Shown here: piece after piece, positions 16,782-27,717 of the stretch
Position numbering within the stretch: the first letter of the stretch is position 1
How the letters are laid out: each line of letters begins with the position of its first letter
Origin: Dehalococcoidia bacterium
Lineage (GTDB): Bacteria; Chloroflexota; Dehalococcoidia; DSTF01; RBG-16-68-14
DNA length: 29,794 bases
Direction: 5' to 3'
NCBI GenBank assembly: GCA_040882355.1
Contig: JBBEBM010000043.1
Span: forward strand, 62,001-91,794
Notes under the pieces: generated by a model
Told to the model about the DNA's origin: nothing
What the model saw: only the letters and a program-made list of their open reading frames with translations
Database searches by the model: none
Translations under genes and position numbers: made by a program

Positions 16782-16809
16782 AGGGTCGAGGGTCAAGGGT
16801 CGGAGGTCG
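16782..16809 (+). repeat. Heptamer tandem array AGGGTCR, 4 units
   Basis: AGGGTCG AGGGTCA AGGGTCG GAGGTCG. Confidence 0.7.
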
Positions 16810-16852
16810 CGGCCCAAACCCCACCCCCACACCAGCGATCGAAGAGCGAGCG

Positions 16853-16887
16853 CCGAGCCTCCAGCTTCCAGCCTCCAGCTTCCAGCA
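16853..16887 (+). repeat. Heptamer tandem array TCCAGCY, 5 units
   Basis: CCGAGCC TCCAGCT TCCAGCC TCCAGCT TCCAGCA, followed 2 nt later by TATACT. Confidence 0.8.
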
Positions 16888-16902
16888 CCTATACTGCCCT
16901 CG

Positions 16903-18030
16903 ATGACACTCAAGAGCCGGCCCTACCGGCGAATCGTCGCGAAGTTCGGCACCAGCCTGCTCACCAGCGGCGGCGACCACCTCGACCTGGAGGTGATGGC
17001 CGCCCTCATAGGCCAGGTCGCGCGGCTGCGACAGCAGGGCGCGGAGCTGATCGTCGTCAGCTCGGGAGCCATCGCCGCCGGGCGGCAGCGGCTCGGCGTC
17101 CGCCACGATGCGAAGGACGCGCCCTCGCGTCAGGCCCTCGCCGCAGTCGGCCAGAGCCACCTGATGCAGTCCTACGACAGCCTCTTCGCTTCGCACGAGC
17201 TCGTGGTCGCGCAGACGCTGCTCACCCGCCGCGACATCGCCGACCGCGTCGGTTACCTGAACGCGCGCAACACGCTGCTCGCGCTTCTCGATCTGGGCGC
17301 GGTCCCGATCGTTAACGAAAACGACGTCGTCGCCATCGACGAGATCGAGGGCGCGGTGATCGGCGACAACGACAACCTTTCGGCGCTCGTCGCCAACCTG
17401 ATCGACGCCGACCTGCTCGCCATGCTCACCGACACCGGCGGCCTCTACACCGCCGACCCACGCCGCCACCCCACGGCCGAGCTGATCCCGCGCGTCGAGC
17501 GCATCACGCCGGAGATCGAAGCGCTCGCCCAGGACACCGAGACGCCGCAAGGCGTCGGCGGCATGGTAACGAAGCTCCAGGCGGCCAAGCTGGCAACGGC
17601 TGGCGGCGCCAACGTCGCCATCGCCAGCGGCCACGAGCCGAACGCGCTCGAACGGCTCGTTTCGGGCGAGGCGCTGGGCACCTTCTTTCCCGCAACAGGC
17701 GACCGGATGGAGAGCCGCAAGCGCTGGATGCTCGCCGGGCTCGCAGCGCGCGGCAAGATCGTCGTCGACGCGGGCGCGGCGAAGGCGCTGCTGTCGCAGG
17801 GCAAGAGCCTGCTGCCCGCCGGCGTGCGCGACGTGAAAGGCCCATTCGACCGCGGCGACACGGTGTCGATCTACTCGGAGGACGGCCATCGTCTCGCGGC
17901 CGGCATTACGAACTACGGCCACGAAGATGTCGCGGCCATCCGCGGCCTGCGCTCCGACCGCATCGCCCAGGCGCTCGGTCACGAGTACGGAGCCGAGGTC
18001 GTCCACCGCAACAACCTGGTGCTGCTCTGA
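16903..18030 (+). CDS. proB: Glutamate 5-kinase with C-terminal PUA domain
   Basis: RIVAKFGTSLL, VSSGAIAAG, PIVNENDVV, GDNDNLSA, GGMVTKL, KSLLPAGV, VVHRNNLVLL; start trimmed to MTLKS. Confidence 0.96.
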   Translation: MTLKSRPYRRIVAKFGTSLLTSGGDHLDLEVMAALIGQVARLRQQGAELIVVSSGAIAAGRQRLGVRHDAKDAPSRQALAAVGQSHLMQSYDSLFASHELVVAQTLLTRRDIADRVGYLNARNTLLALLDLGAVPIVNENDVVAIDEIEGAVIGDNDNLSALVANLIDADLLAMLTDTGGLYTADPRRHPTAELIPRVERITPEIEALAQDTETPQGVGGMVTKLQAAKLATAGGANVAIASGHEPNALERLVSGEALGTFFPATGDRMESRKRWMLAGLAARGKIVVDAGAAKALLSQGKSLLPAGVRDVKGPFDRGDTVSIYSEDGHRLAAGITNYGHEDVAAIRGLRSDRIAQALGHEYGAEVVHRNNLVLL

Positions 18031-18320
18031 TGCGCTGGCTGCGCGAGTTCCTCCGCGAACGCGACCCGCTGGCCAGGGTCGCTTCGGCGCTCACCGAGCC
18101 GGAGGCGCTGATGTGGCGCGAGCTGCTGGAGAACAACGGCGTGCCGGCGATGGTCAAGAACGTCAACGCGCTCTCCGTCACACAGAGCTTCCCCACGCCG
18201 TTCGGAGACTACGATCTTTATGTGAAGCAGGGGGACCTGGAGCGCGCGGAGGAGGTCCTGGGCCCAATGCTCGATTCGCGGCAGCGGCCGGCGCAGCGTT
18301 ACACGCGCAGAGAAGAGTAG
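18030..18320 (+). CDS. Small DUF2007-like (putative signal-transducing) protein
   Basis: EPEALMWRELLENNGVPAMV..DLYV..DLERAEEVL pattern; TGATG overlap with proB. Confidence 0.7.
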   Translation: MRWLREFLRERDPLARVASALTEPEALMWRELLENNGVPAMVKNVNALSVTQSFPTPFGDYDLYVKQGDLERAEEVLGPMLDSRQRPAQRYTRREE

Positions 18321-18373
18321 CCGCGCGCGGTGGCGAACAACGACGCCTCGTGACACACTTGGGGCGAAATATC

Positions 18374-19561
18374 GTGCGTGTATCCCCTCGCCTCCGGCTC
18401 CAGGTCGGCGTCTTCGCCGTCATCGCCGCCATCCTCTTCATCGTCACCTACGTCATCCCGGCGACGGGCGCCTTCGACACATCGGAGCCGGCCGAGCAGG
18501 GCGAGACGCAACAGGGCACTGTGACCCGCGTCCTCGATGAGCAGGTCGAGCAGGGGCCCGCTGGCGACATCGTCCACCGCACGCTGGAGGTGCGCGTCGG
18601 CGATCGCACCGTTACCGTCGAGCAGAGCTACACGGAAGAAGACGCCATGGCCCTGGACGTCGACCCGGGCGACAAGGTGCTCCTCCAGGTGAGCGAGGGC
18701 CCTGAGGGCGAGACCTACTTCATCGCCGGTTTCGTGCGCACGACCCCGCTGATACTGCTTGCGGTCGCCTTCGCCGGCCTCGTGCTGCTGGTAGGACGCT
18801 GGCGCGGCCTGACATCGCTGCTCGGCTTGGGCGCGAGCTTGCTCGTAATCGTGCGCTTCATCCTGCCGGGCATCCTCTCGGGCGCCGACCCTGTGCTGAT
18901 CTCGGTGATCGGGGCGCTGGTGATCATGCTCACCACGCTCTACCTGGCGCACGGCGTTACGGCGAAGACGAGCGTCGCGCTGCTGGGCACCGTGATCGCG
19001 TTGCTGCTGACGGCGGCGCTCGCGCAGATCAGCATCAGCGTAACAAAGCTCTCCGGCCTCGCGGATGAGAGCGCGGTGACGCTGCAGATCCTCTCGGCGG
19101 GCGACATCGACGCCGGCGGCCTGCTGCTGGCCGGGATCATCATCGGCGCGTTGGGCGTGCTGGACGACGTCACTGTTGCGCAGGCCTCCACCGTCTTTGA
19201 GCTGCACCACGCGAATCCCCTGTTAGGTGCGCGCGAGCTCTACCAGCGCGCCATGAACGTCGGTCGCGATCACATCGCGTCGACCGTGAACACGCTCGTC
19301 CTCGCGTATGCCGGCGCGGCGCTCCCCCTGCTGGCGCTGCTCGCCCTCCTCACGGAGCCGCTCGACTCGCTCCTCAACCGCGAGTTCCTGTCGACGGAGA
19401 TCGTGCGCACGCTCGTGGGCAGCATGGGAATCGTCGCGGCCGTGCCACTGACGACCGCGCTCGCGGCGATCGTCGCAGGCGGCGGGTTCTTCAGGACACC
19501 GCTCAGCGCGTCGATCACGAGAGCGCCTGTCGAAGGGAGTGAGGAGGAGCGCGAAGCCTAA
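18374..19561 (+). CDS. YibE/F family membrane protein (start uncertain)
   Basis: GRWRGLTSLLGL, GIIIGALGVLDDVTVAQAS, AMNVGRDHIASTVNTLVLAYAGAALP, EIVRTLVGS. Confidence 0.9.
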   Translation: MRVSPRLRLQVGVFAVIAAILFIVTYVIPATGAFDTSEPAEQGETQQGTVTRVLDEQVEQGPAGDIVHRTLEVRVGDRTVTVEQSYTEEDAMALDVDPGDKVLLQVSEGPEGETYFIAGFVRTTPLILLAVAFAGLVLLVGRWRGLTSLLGLGASLLVIVRFILPGILSGADPVLISVIGALVIMLTTLYLAHGVTAKTSVALLGTVIALLLTAALAQISISVTKLSGLADESAVTLQILSAGDIDAGGLLLAGIIIGALGVLDDVTVAQASTVFELHHANPLLGARELYQRAMNVGRDHIASTVNTLVLAYAGAALPLLALLALLTEPLDSLLNREFLSTEIVRTLVGSMGIVAAVPLTTALAAIVAGGGFFRTPLSASITRAPVEGSEEEREA

Positions 19562-19992
19562 GCGGGCGCCGCCGCCAGCTCGAGGATGCGGCACGAGGCG
19601 CACTTGCCGTACACCTCCAGCCAGTGCCCCTCGATCTCGTAATCCGTGCTCTGCGTGAGCTGCTCCACGAGCGTTGCCACGTCGCACGTGGAGAAGTCCT
19701 CCACCCGCCCGCACGAGCGACAGACCAGATGGTGGTGGTGGCCTCGCGTGCTGAGCCGGTAGTGCAGGCTACCGTCCTCCATCAGCACCCGGCAGACCAC
19801 GTTGAGGTCCAGGAGCAGCTTCATCGTGCGAAAGACAGTGGCGCGCCCCACATCCGGCGTCTGCCTCTGCACGTCCTCCACAGTGAAGTGCGCCGGCGCC
19901 GAGACCAGCGCCTCCAACAGGCGCCGGCGGCTGCCGGTGACGCGATGCCCCCTCATCTCGAGTCGCTGGATGATCAGGTCGAGGTCAGACAT
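19558..19992 (-). CDS. Fur-family regulator, Zur/FurB-like
   Basis: G.RVT..R, GRATVFRT, HHHHLVCRSCG and C-terminal CASC; start trimmed to MSDLD. Confidence 0.9.
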   Translation of the reverse strand: MSDLDLIIQRLEMRGHRVTGSRRRLLEALVSAPAHFTVEDVQRQTPDVGRATVFRTMKLLLDLNVVCRVLMEDGSLHYRLSTRGHHHHLVCRSCGRVEDFSTCDVATLVEQLTQSTDYEIEGHWLEVYGKCASCRILELAAAPA

Positions 19993-20006
19993 GAGACTGC
20001 GTATCA
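19992..20006. promoter_or_regulatory. Candidate Fur/Zur operator TGAGACT-G-CGTATCA
   Basis: Imperfect 7-1-7 palindrome (TGAnA-N5-TnTCA) between a putative promoter TTGACC-N18-TACCCT (20038-20009) and the regulator ATG. Confidence 0.5.
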
Positions 20007-20136
20007 CGAGGGTATCGAGCGCGAGGCCGAGGGGTCAAGTCAGGAGAGCGAGCGTGGCCAGCGCTGTGCCGCCTGCCTTCGCCTGCTTCGCGCCTCGCCT
20101 GCTACAATCCAGTCAATACGCCAAGGAGGAACGCCA

Positions 20137-20217
20137 ATGGGCCGCAAAGACAAGGGCACCAAGAACATCAAGAAGCCCAAGCAAGACAAGTCGAAGAAGG
20201 CCGCAGCCGGAAAGTAG
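20137..20217 (+). CDS. 26-aa Lys-rich small protein MGRKDKGTKNIKKPKQDKSKKAAAGK
   Basis: Extended -10 TGcTACAAT (about 20100-20108), SD AAGGAGGA, AAG-biased codons, downstream hairpin. Confidence 0.7.
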   Translation: MGRKDKGTKNIKKPKQDKSKKAAAGK

Positions 20218-20225
20218 CCTGCGCT

Positions 20226-20261
20226 GGGGCGCCGGTGGTCGACTCGCGGCCCCGGCGCCTC
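20226..20261. terminator. GC-rich hairpin between convergent genes
   Basis: GGGGCGCCGG ... CCGGCGCCTC stem; no U-tract. Confidence 0.5.
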
Positions 20262-20265
20262 GACC

Positions 20266-21558
20266 TTACTGCCGCGTCAGGCGGAAGATCCTGTTTGCGA
20301 AGGTGACGACGACGATCTCGCCGTCCGGCAGCTCGCCGAAGGACGCAACGGGCTGACCGCTGCGCGCGAGCAAGACCGGGTCACTGGTGTCCGCCGTGTT
20401 CACCGCCCAGATGTTTCCGCTGCAGAAGTCGCCGTAGACGTACCACCCCGCCAGCTCCGGGAGAGCAGCTCCTCGATACACGTAGCCCCCGGTGACCGAG
20501 CAGCCATCGGCGTGGCCATATGCGGCCCGCGGCGCCTGCAGGCCGCTCTGGTTGCACTGGGCGGCGCCGTAGCACTCGAACGCCTCCATGATGTTCCATC
20601 CGTAGTTCCCGCCCCGCACGACAAGGTCAACCTCTTCCCATTCGTTCTGGCCGACGTCGCCGGCCCAGAGATCGCCCGTGTCCCGGTCGAAGCTGAAGCG
20701 CCAGGGATTGCGCAGGCCGTACGCCCAGATCTCGCCGGCCGCGCCCGCCTGCCCGACGAAGGGGTTGTCGGGCGGCACGACGTACCCGTCGCCCGAAACG
20801 TCGATGCGCAGGATCGAGCCGAGCAACCCTCCCAGGTCCTGGCCGTTGCCCTGTGGATCGCCGCCCGCGCCGCCGTCGCCGAGCGCCACGTACAGCATCC
20901 CGTCCGGCCCAAAGGCGAGCTGCCCCCCGTTGTGATTCTCGAAGGGCTGCGGGACCTCCATGATAATTAGCTCGCTGGCCGTGTCCATCACACCGCCGCG
21001 CATCGCAAATCGCGAGAGCACGCTCCGTCGAGGATCGCCCGCGCTGTAGTACACATACACGCGCCCATCGGACTGAAAGTCCGGCGCGAATGCGAAGCCC
21101 AGGAGGCCTTCCTCCAAGCCGGGGTTCGCGATCAACCGGCCCGAGAGATCGGCCATCAACTCCGGCGCGAAGGCGTCGCTTACGGACACGCGCCAGATCT
21201 CCCCGGTCTGCTGGATCACGACCGCTTCGTCGTTCGAGTCGGGAAACATGAAGAAGCCGAGCATCTTATCGTAGGTGGCGGACGGGACAGCGCTCACCAG
21301 TCGATAGGCCTCCGCCCGCGGCGTCGCGGCGGGCGGCTGGGTGGCGGACGGCGTAGGAGTCGCCATCGTACGCGACGAGGCCCGCGTATCAGTCTGGGTA
21401 GGCGCGGTCGCCGGCGGCTCGTCATCGCCGGAGCCGCTTGCGAGTACCGCCGCGGCGATGCCCGCGCCCACCGCGACGAGCGCCGCCGCTACGAGCGGCG
21501 GACCCTTACGGCTCCAGGGGAGCGCCCAGAATCGAATCCACAGCTCTCTCACACGCAT
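20266..21558 (-). CDS. Membrane-anchored PQQ-dependent sugar dehydrogenase (GSDH family)
   Basis: EEGLLGFAF.PDF, NHNGGQLAFGPDGMLYVALGDGG, EIWAYGLRNPWRFSFD, GGNYGW; N-terminal TM segment and PT linker. Confidence 0.92.
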   Translation of the reverse strand: MRVRELWIRFWALPWSRKGPPLVAAALVAVGAGIAAAVLASGSGDDEPPATAPTQTDTRASSRTMATPTPSATQPPAATPRAEAYRLVSAVPSATYDKMLGFFMFPDSNDEAVVIQQTGEIWRVSVSDAFAPELMADLSGRLIANPGLEEGLLGFAFAPDFQSDGRVYVYYSAGDPRRSVLSRFAMRGGVMDTASELIIMEVPQPFENHNGGQLAFGPDGMLYVALGDGGAGGDPQGNGQDLGGLLGSILRIDVSGDGYVVPPDNPFVGQAGAAGEIWAYGLRNPWRFSFDRDTGDLWAGDVGQNEWEEVDLVVRGGNYGWNIMEAFECYGAAQCNQSGLQAPRAAYGHADGCSVTGGYVYRGAALPELAGWYVYGDFCSGNIWAVNTADTSDPVLLARSGQPVASFGELPDGEIVVVTFANRIFRLTRQ

Positions 21559-21675
21559 CCTCTCTTGTACGAAGGACGTCCCATCGATGGCCGTCTCTCC
21601 ACCTTATGGGAGGCCCCTCCCTCATGCCAGCCGTTCGTCGCGCCAGCAGGGTTGCTGCTATAGTGGGCTGCCAGT

Positions 21676-22218
21676 ATGCTTCGCGCCAGCACCGCCCTGC
21701 TGAAGTTCCTCACCCTCGGCGCCGTCGTGGCGAACGCATCGCTGCTGCACCACGGGCACATCCGCGACTTCTTGCACGCCGTCTACGACGCGCTCTCGCA
21801 CCGCCTGCCGAAGCGTCTGCGCAAGCACGAGTGGCGCGTCCGCACCAGCATCCTTCAGGTCTACTTCGATGATCCAACCGTGCACTACGAGGTCTGGGTG
21901 CAGCGAAAGGGCTGGTGCATCGAGATCGGCCTCCACTTCGAAGGCGAGCGCGAGCAGAACTACCGCTGGGCGGCCGCGCTGGCGCCGCGAGCGCTCGAGA
22001 TCCAGTCGCAGCTTGGGCCGGGCGTCGAGCTTGAGGAGTGGACGGCGAAATGGACGCGCCTCCACGAATCGCTGCCGCTGAGCGGCGACCCGAAGAAGCC
22101 GATCAAGCTCGTCCTGAGCGAGGAACTCGTCGAAGAGATCGCGGACCGCGTCGCGCGGTTCGTCGAAGTAATGGAGCCTGTGCTGGCAGAAGAACGAAAG
22201 CGGCGCGTCGCCGGCTAG
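21676..22218 (+). CDS. Hypothetical protein (start uncertain)
   Basis: Fills the gap on the + strand with host-like codon usage; globular sequence HYEVWVQR..IEIGLHFEG; TGcTATAGT upstream. Confidence 0.7.
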   Translation: MLRASTALLKFLTLGAVVANASLLHHGHIRDFLHAVYDALSHRLPKRLRKHEWRVRTSILQVYFDDPTVHYEVWVQRKGWCIEIGLHFEGEREQNYRWAAALAPRALEIQSQLGPGVELEEWTAKWTRLHESLPLSGDPKKPIKLVLSEELVEEIADRVARFVEVMEPVLAEERKRRVAG

Positions 22219-23441
22219 ATCGCCACGGCGGCGGCCTGCGCCTCGCTGCGGCGCTGGTGCTGCAGGTGCATCACCGTCAGCGCGAGCGCGAGCGCGAGGA
22301 GGATCGCGCCGACCTTGAACGGAGCCACCGGCCCAAAGAAGGCGTTCGTCAGGCCGCCGAGCGCCTGGCCGGCGGCGCCGCCGAGGCCCTGCACGGTCGC
22401 GAGCATGCCCAGCATCAGGCCCCGCCCGCCCAGCTCCGTCGCGTCGAGCGCGGCGGCGCCCCAGGCCGGGATGCTCACGGCGTAGCCCAGACCCGCGAGG
22501 ACGACCAGGTGCACCGCGAGCAGCGGGTGCGTCGTCTGGCTCAGCGCGAAGTAGCAGAGGGAGGCGATCGCCAGGCCCGCGATGAGCGGTGGCTGCCGCC
22601 CGAAGCGGTCCGCGAGGTTGCCGCATCGCGCGACGATCAGTCCGCCGATGATCCCTGGCGCGATCAGCATGAGGGCGAGCACGTGTAGCCTCGTATCGAG
22701 CACGTCCTGGCTGTAGGTGCCGATCACCGGCGCCTGCACGGTCGTGCCGATGCTGAGCAGCAGAGCGATGCCCGCGAGCATGAGCACGCGCGGCGCGAGC
22801 AGTTTCCGAAGCCGGCCGCCCGTCGCCTCGGTCGCGACCTCCGCTACGGCGGCCTGTGCCGTTCCCGAGGCGCCCCGGTAGGCGAAGATGAGCGCCACGC
22901 TGCTAAAGGTGAGGCACGACGCGAAGGCGGCCCGGTAGGAGATCAAGTCCATCAGCGTGACGCCGACCAGCGTTCCGATCCCGATCCCGATGAGCTGCGC
23001 CATGTTCAGCATGTTGAGCGTCCGCGCCCGTCGGTTAGGCTCTTCCGTATCGCCGACGTAGGCCATGATCGCCGGCCAGACCGCAGCGGCGCCCGCGCCG
23101 TACAGCCCGGAGAAGGCGAGGAACACCGAAGTGTTCTGCACCTCGAGCATCATCAAGATCGACGGGATCGAAATTGCGATGCCGAGCGTCAGCGTGTGCC
23201 GCCGCCCGATGCGGTCGGCAAGCCAGCCCGCCGGCGCCTGGAGCAGGAAGCGGCCTCCCGCGTAGACCGCGAGGGCGTAGCCGGGAAAAGCGACGCTGGC
23301 GTTCAGCTCCTGCGGTAGATACTGCTGGACCAGCGCCAGGAGGAAGACGCCGGTAGACGCCTGCCAGAGCAGGACGGTCAAGACCAGTTCAAGGGTTCGG
23401 TGTGAGTGCGCAGTAAGGCGCGTGTGGAAGGTATCAAGCAT
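22215..23441 (-). CDS. MFS transporter
   Basis: About 12 hydrophobic segments; motif A GWLADRIGRR and GNLADRFGR. Confidence 0.9.
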   Translation of the reverse strand: MLDTFHTRLTAHSHRTLELVLTVLLWQASTGVFLLALVQQYLPQELNASVAFPGYALAVYAGGRFLLQAPAGWLADRIGRRHTLTLGIAISIPSILMMLEVQNTSVFLAFSGLYGAGAAAVWPAIMAYVGDTEEPNRRARTLNMLNMAQLIGIGIGTLVGVTLMDLISYRAAFASCLTFSSVALIFAYRGASGTAQAAVAEVATEATGGRLRKLLAPRVLMLAGIALLLSIGTTVQAPVIGTYSQDVLDTRLHVLALMLIAPGIIGGLIVARCGNLADRFGRQPPLIAGLAIASLCYFALSQTTHPLLAVHLVVLAGLGYAVSIPAWGAAALDATELGGRGLMLGMLATVQGLGGAAGQALGGLTNAFFGPVAPFKVGAILLALALALTVMHLQHQRRSEAQAAAVAI

Positions 23442-23531
23442 CGAGCGCAGTCTCCAAGCCGCAGGCCCGGTCGGCCTCGTGAACAGAATCCCTACTAAGT
23501 AGCTTCGACCGAGTGCCCCGCGTCCTGCAGG

Positions 23532-24500
23532 TTAGCGCGGCTCAACATCTAGCATAATGGCCGCCGCCCCTAGAGCGCCAGCGCGTTCCCCCAACTTCGC
23601 CAGCGAGATGGTGACATCTGAGACCACCTGGTCGAAGGCGCCCTCGCGCGCGGTGCGGATCGCGGGCTCCAGATAGAAGCTGCCCAGATTCGTCAGACCG
23701 CCGCCCAGGATCAGCGCCTCCGGGTTGAAGCAGTTGAGCAGCCCCACCAGGCCCAGCCCGAGGTAGCGCCCCGCCCGCTCGATCACCTCGCGGGCCGCGC
23801 TGTCGCCGCGCAGGGCAGCCTCGTGCACGATTTCGGCCGTGATCGGCCCTTCGCCGGCCAGCTCGGCCAGCAGCGGGCTGCGGCCTGCCTTCACGACCGC
23901 CCGCGCCTCGCGTGCGATCGCCCGGCCCGATGCGAGCGCCTCGACGCAACCACGACCGCCGCAGTTGCACACCGGCCCGTCTTCGTCGACGACCAGATGG
24001 CCCACCTCGCCCGCCGCGCCCGACGCACCCCAGTAGACCTTGCCATCGATAATGATCCCGCCGCCGATGCCGGTGCCCAGCGTGACGTAGATCAGGTGGC
24101 GAACACCCTGACCCGCGCCCAGACGAAACTCGCCGTAGGCGGCAGCGTTCGCGTCATTTTCCAGCACCGTCGCCACTCCCAACGCCTCGCTCACCAGGCG
24201 CGCGAGCGGCACGTTGTGGAAACCGGGCAGGTTGGGCGCGTCCGTCACGATGCCGCTCGCAGGCTCGCACGGCCCGGGCGACGATATGCCCGCGCCCACG
24301 ATGTCGTTCGTCGTCAGTCCCGCCTGCTCCAGCGCCCGCCGCACCGACGCGTCGATTCGCGCGACGACTGCGTCGGGCCCGCCTTCGGCGGCATGGGTCG
24401 CGCAGCGGTCTTCGCCCAGCACGTCGCCCTTCGCCGTCGCGACCAAAGAGTGGATCTTCGTGCCGCCGAGGTCGATGCCGGCCGCGAGCCGCTCGCTCAA
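23532..24500 (-). CDS. ROK-family sugar kinase (glucokinase-like)
   Basis: GIDLGGTK, ENDANAAAYGE, TLGTGIGGG, GEVGH, CNCGGRGCVE. Confidence 0.93.
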   Translation of the reverse strand: MSERLAAGIDLGGTKIHSLVATAKGDVLGEDRCATHAAEGGPDAVVARIDASVRRALEQAGLTTNDIVGAGISSPGPCEPASGIVTDAPNLPGFHNVPLARLVSEALGVATVLENDANAAAYGEFRLGAGQGVRHLIYVTLGTGIGGGIIIDGKVYWGASGAAGEVGHLVVDEDGPVCNCGGRGCVEALASGRAIAREARAVVKAGRSPLLAELAGEGPITAEIVHEAALRGDSAAREVIERAGRYLGLGLVGLLNCFNPEALILGGGLTNLGSFYLEPAIRTAREGAFDQVVSDVTISLAKLGERAGALGAAAIMLDVEPR

Positions 24501-25957
24501 CGCGCCCCCTCAGTCGCGCCCGCGCGTTGGCTGGCGAGATCGCGGGCGTGCTCATACAGGTCGAGGTACTGGCGGGCGCTCTGCTCCCACGAGAAGTCCT
24601 GCGCCATGCAGCGCCGCTGCAGGTCGCGCCAGGCCCGGCGGTCGTCGTAGACCACTAACGCCTGCCCGAGGGCGTCGGCGAGCGCGGCAGGCTTCGTCTC
24701 CTCGAACAGAAAGCCGGTCCCGCTGCCGGACGGATCGTACGGCTGGACGGAGTCGGCGAGGCCGCCGGTGCGCCGCACCACGGGCACCGCGCCATACCGC
24801 ATGGCGATGAGCTGGCCCAGGCCGCACGGCTCGTAGCGCGACGGCATCAGGAAGAGGTCGCTGCCGCCATAGATGAGCTGACCCAATCCGATGTCGAAGG
24901 CGAGGCGAACGGCGACGCGCTCCGGATGGCGCGTTGCCAGCTCGGTCATCCCGCGCTCGTACTCCGGGTCGCCGGTGCCGAGCAGGACGAACTGGAAGTC
25001 GCGTTCGGACAGCGCGCGCTCGACCGCGGCCGCGGCCAGGTCGGGCCCCTTCTGTTTGAACAGCCTCGCCACCATCCCGACGAGCGGCACGTCGTCGCTC
25101 ACCGGCAGGCCAAGCTGCCGCTGCAGGGCTCGCTTGTTTTCGATGCGTTGATCAAGCCGTTCGGCGTCGAAGCGCGCAGCGAGGTGCGGGTCGGTCGCCG
25201 GGTTGAACTCCTCGACATCGATGCCGTTGATGATGCCCGAAAGGCGGTCGCGTCGTTGCTGGAGGAGGGGCGCCAGCGCGGCGCCGTACTCCGGCGTCAG
25301 GATCTCGCGCGCGTACGTCGGGCTGACGGTCGTGATCAGGTCGGCATGTAGGATCGATTGGCCCAGCCCGCTCAGCGCGACCTCCGGTGAGACGCCCACC
25401 GGCACCGCGAGGGCTTCCCCTGCCAGGCCATGCTCGGCGGCGAAGCCGCGCTCGAGGGCGCCGGTGATGCCCAGGTTGTGGATGGTGGAGACGCGCGGCA
25501 ACGCCGACCACGGGTGCTCGGCCCGCGCGACGAGCCGCGTCGCCAGGAGGCCGGCGTGCCAGTCGTGCAGGTGGAGAGCGTCGGGCTGCCAGTCCATCGT
25601 GGTCGCGGCGGCGAGCAGCGCATCGCAGAACGTGAGGAAGCGGGCGACGTCGTCTTCGTAACCGTAGACCTGCTCGCGGCCGAACGAGCGCTCGTGCTCC
25701 ACGAGGTACACGGGCACGCCTCGCGCATCCGCCTGCCAGATCGCGGCGCTGTCGCCCAGCGACGCGATCTGGCGCAGATCGGACGCAGCGCCGGTGTTCA
25801 GCGAGGCGTAGTAAGGCAGGGCGACGCGCACGTCCGCGCCGAGCCGCCTCAGGGCGGGCGGCAGCGCGCCGCCGACATCGCCGAGGCCCCCCACTTTCAC
25901 AAGGGGGGCCATCTCGGCGATCACGAAGAGCACGTTGGATGACACGCTAGGAGACAT
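24497..25957 (-). CDS. glgA: Glycogen synthase (GT5)
   Basis: KVGGLGDV, HLHDWH, TIHN, TTVSPTYAREI, FLMPSRYEPCGLGQLIAMRYG, TGGLAD. Confidence 0.95.
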   Translation of the reverse strand: MSPSVSSNVLFVIAEMAPLVKVGGLGDVGGALPPALRRLGADVRVALPYYASLNTGAASDLRQIASLGDSAAIWQADARGVPVYLVEHERSFGREQVYGYEDDVARFLTFCDALLAAATTMDWQPDALHLHDWHAGLLATRLVARAEHPWSALPRVSTIHNLGITGALERGFAAEHGLAGEALAVPVGVSPEVALSGLGQSILHADLITTVSPTYAREILTPEYGAALAPLLQQRRDRLSGIINGIDVEEFNPATDPHLAARFDAERLDQRIENKRALQRQLGLPVSDDVPLVGMVARLFKQKGPDLAAAAVERALSERDFQFVLLGTGDPEYERGMTELATRHPERVAVRLAFDIGLGQLIYGGSDLFLMPSRYEPCGLGQLIAMRYGAVPVVRRTGGLADSVQPYDPSGSGTGFLFEETKPAALADALGQALVVYDDRRAWRDLQRRCMAQDFSWEQSARQYLDLYEHARDLASQRAGATEGAR

Positions 25958-26048
25958 GATAGCAGTCGCCTCATCTCATCGGGGGCGCCGCCCCGCGGGA
26001 CACACGTAGGCCCGGCTCACAGCCCGGGCAACGGAATCGTGCGTTGAC

Positions 26049-26069
26049 GGCCAGGCCTTCAGCCTGGCC
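26049..26069 (-). terminator. Hairpin GGCCAGGC-TGAAG-GCCTGGCC after groEL (terminator or REP-like)
   Basis: Perfect 8-bp stem 11 nt after the groEL stop. Confidence 0.55.
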
Positions 26070-26080
26070 CGCGCAGCGCC

Positions 26081-27706
<1,626 letters not shown>

Positions 27707-27717
27707 TCAGATAGGGA

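Noticed and set aside
16573..16902. N-terminal extensions in the ORF track for proB (also efp, YibE/F, groEL, Fur)
   Set aside because: The extensions overlap upstream genes or repeats; family homology and promoter/SD signals start at the downstream codons
22215..25957. glgA-ROK-MFS as a novel sugar pathway
   Set aside because: Ordinary families; co-location alone gives no specific evidence
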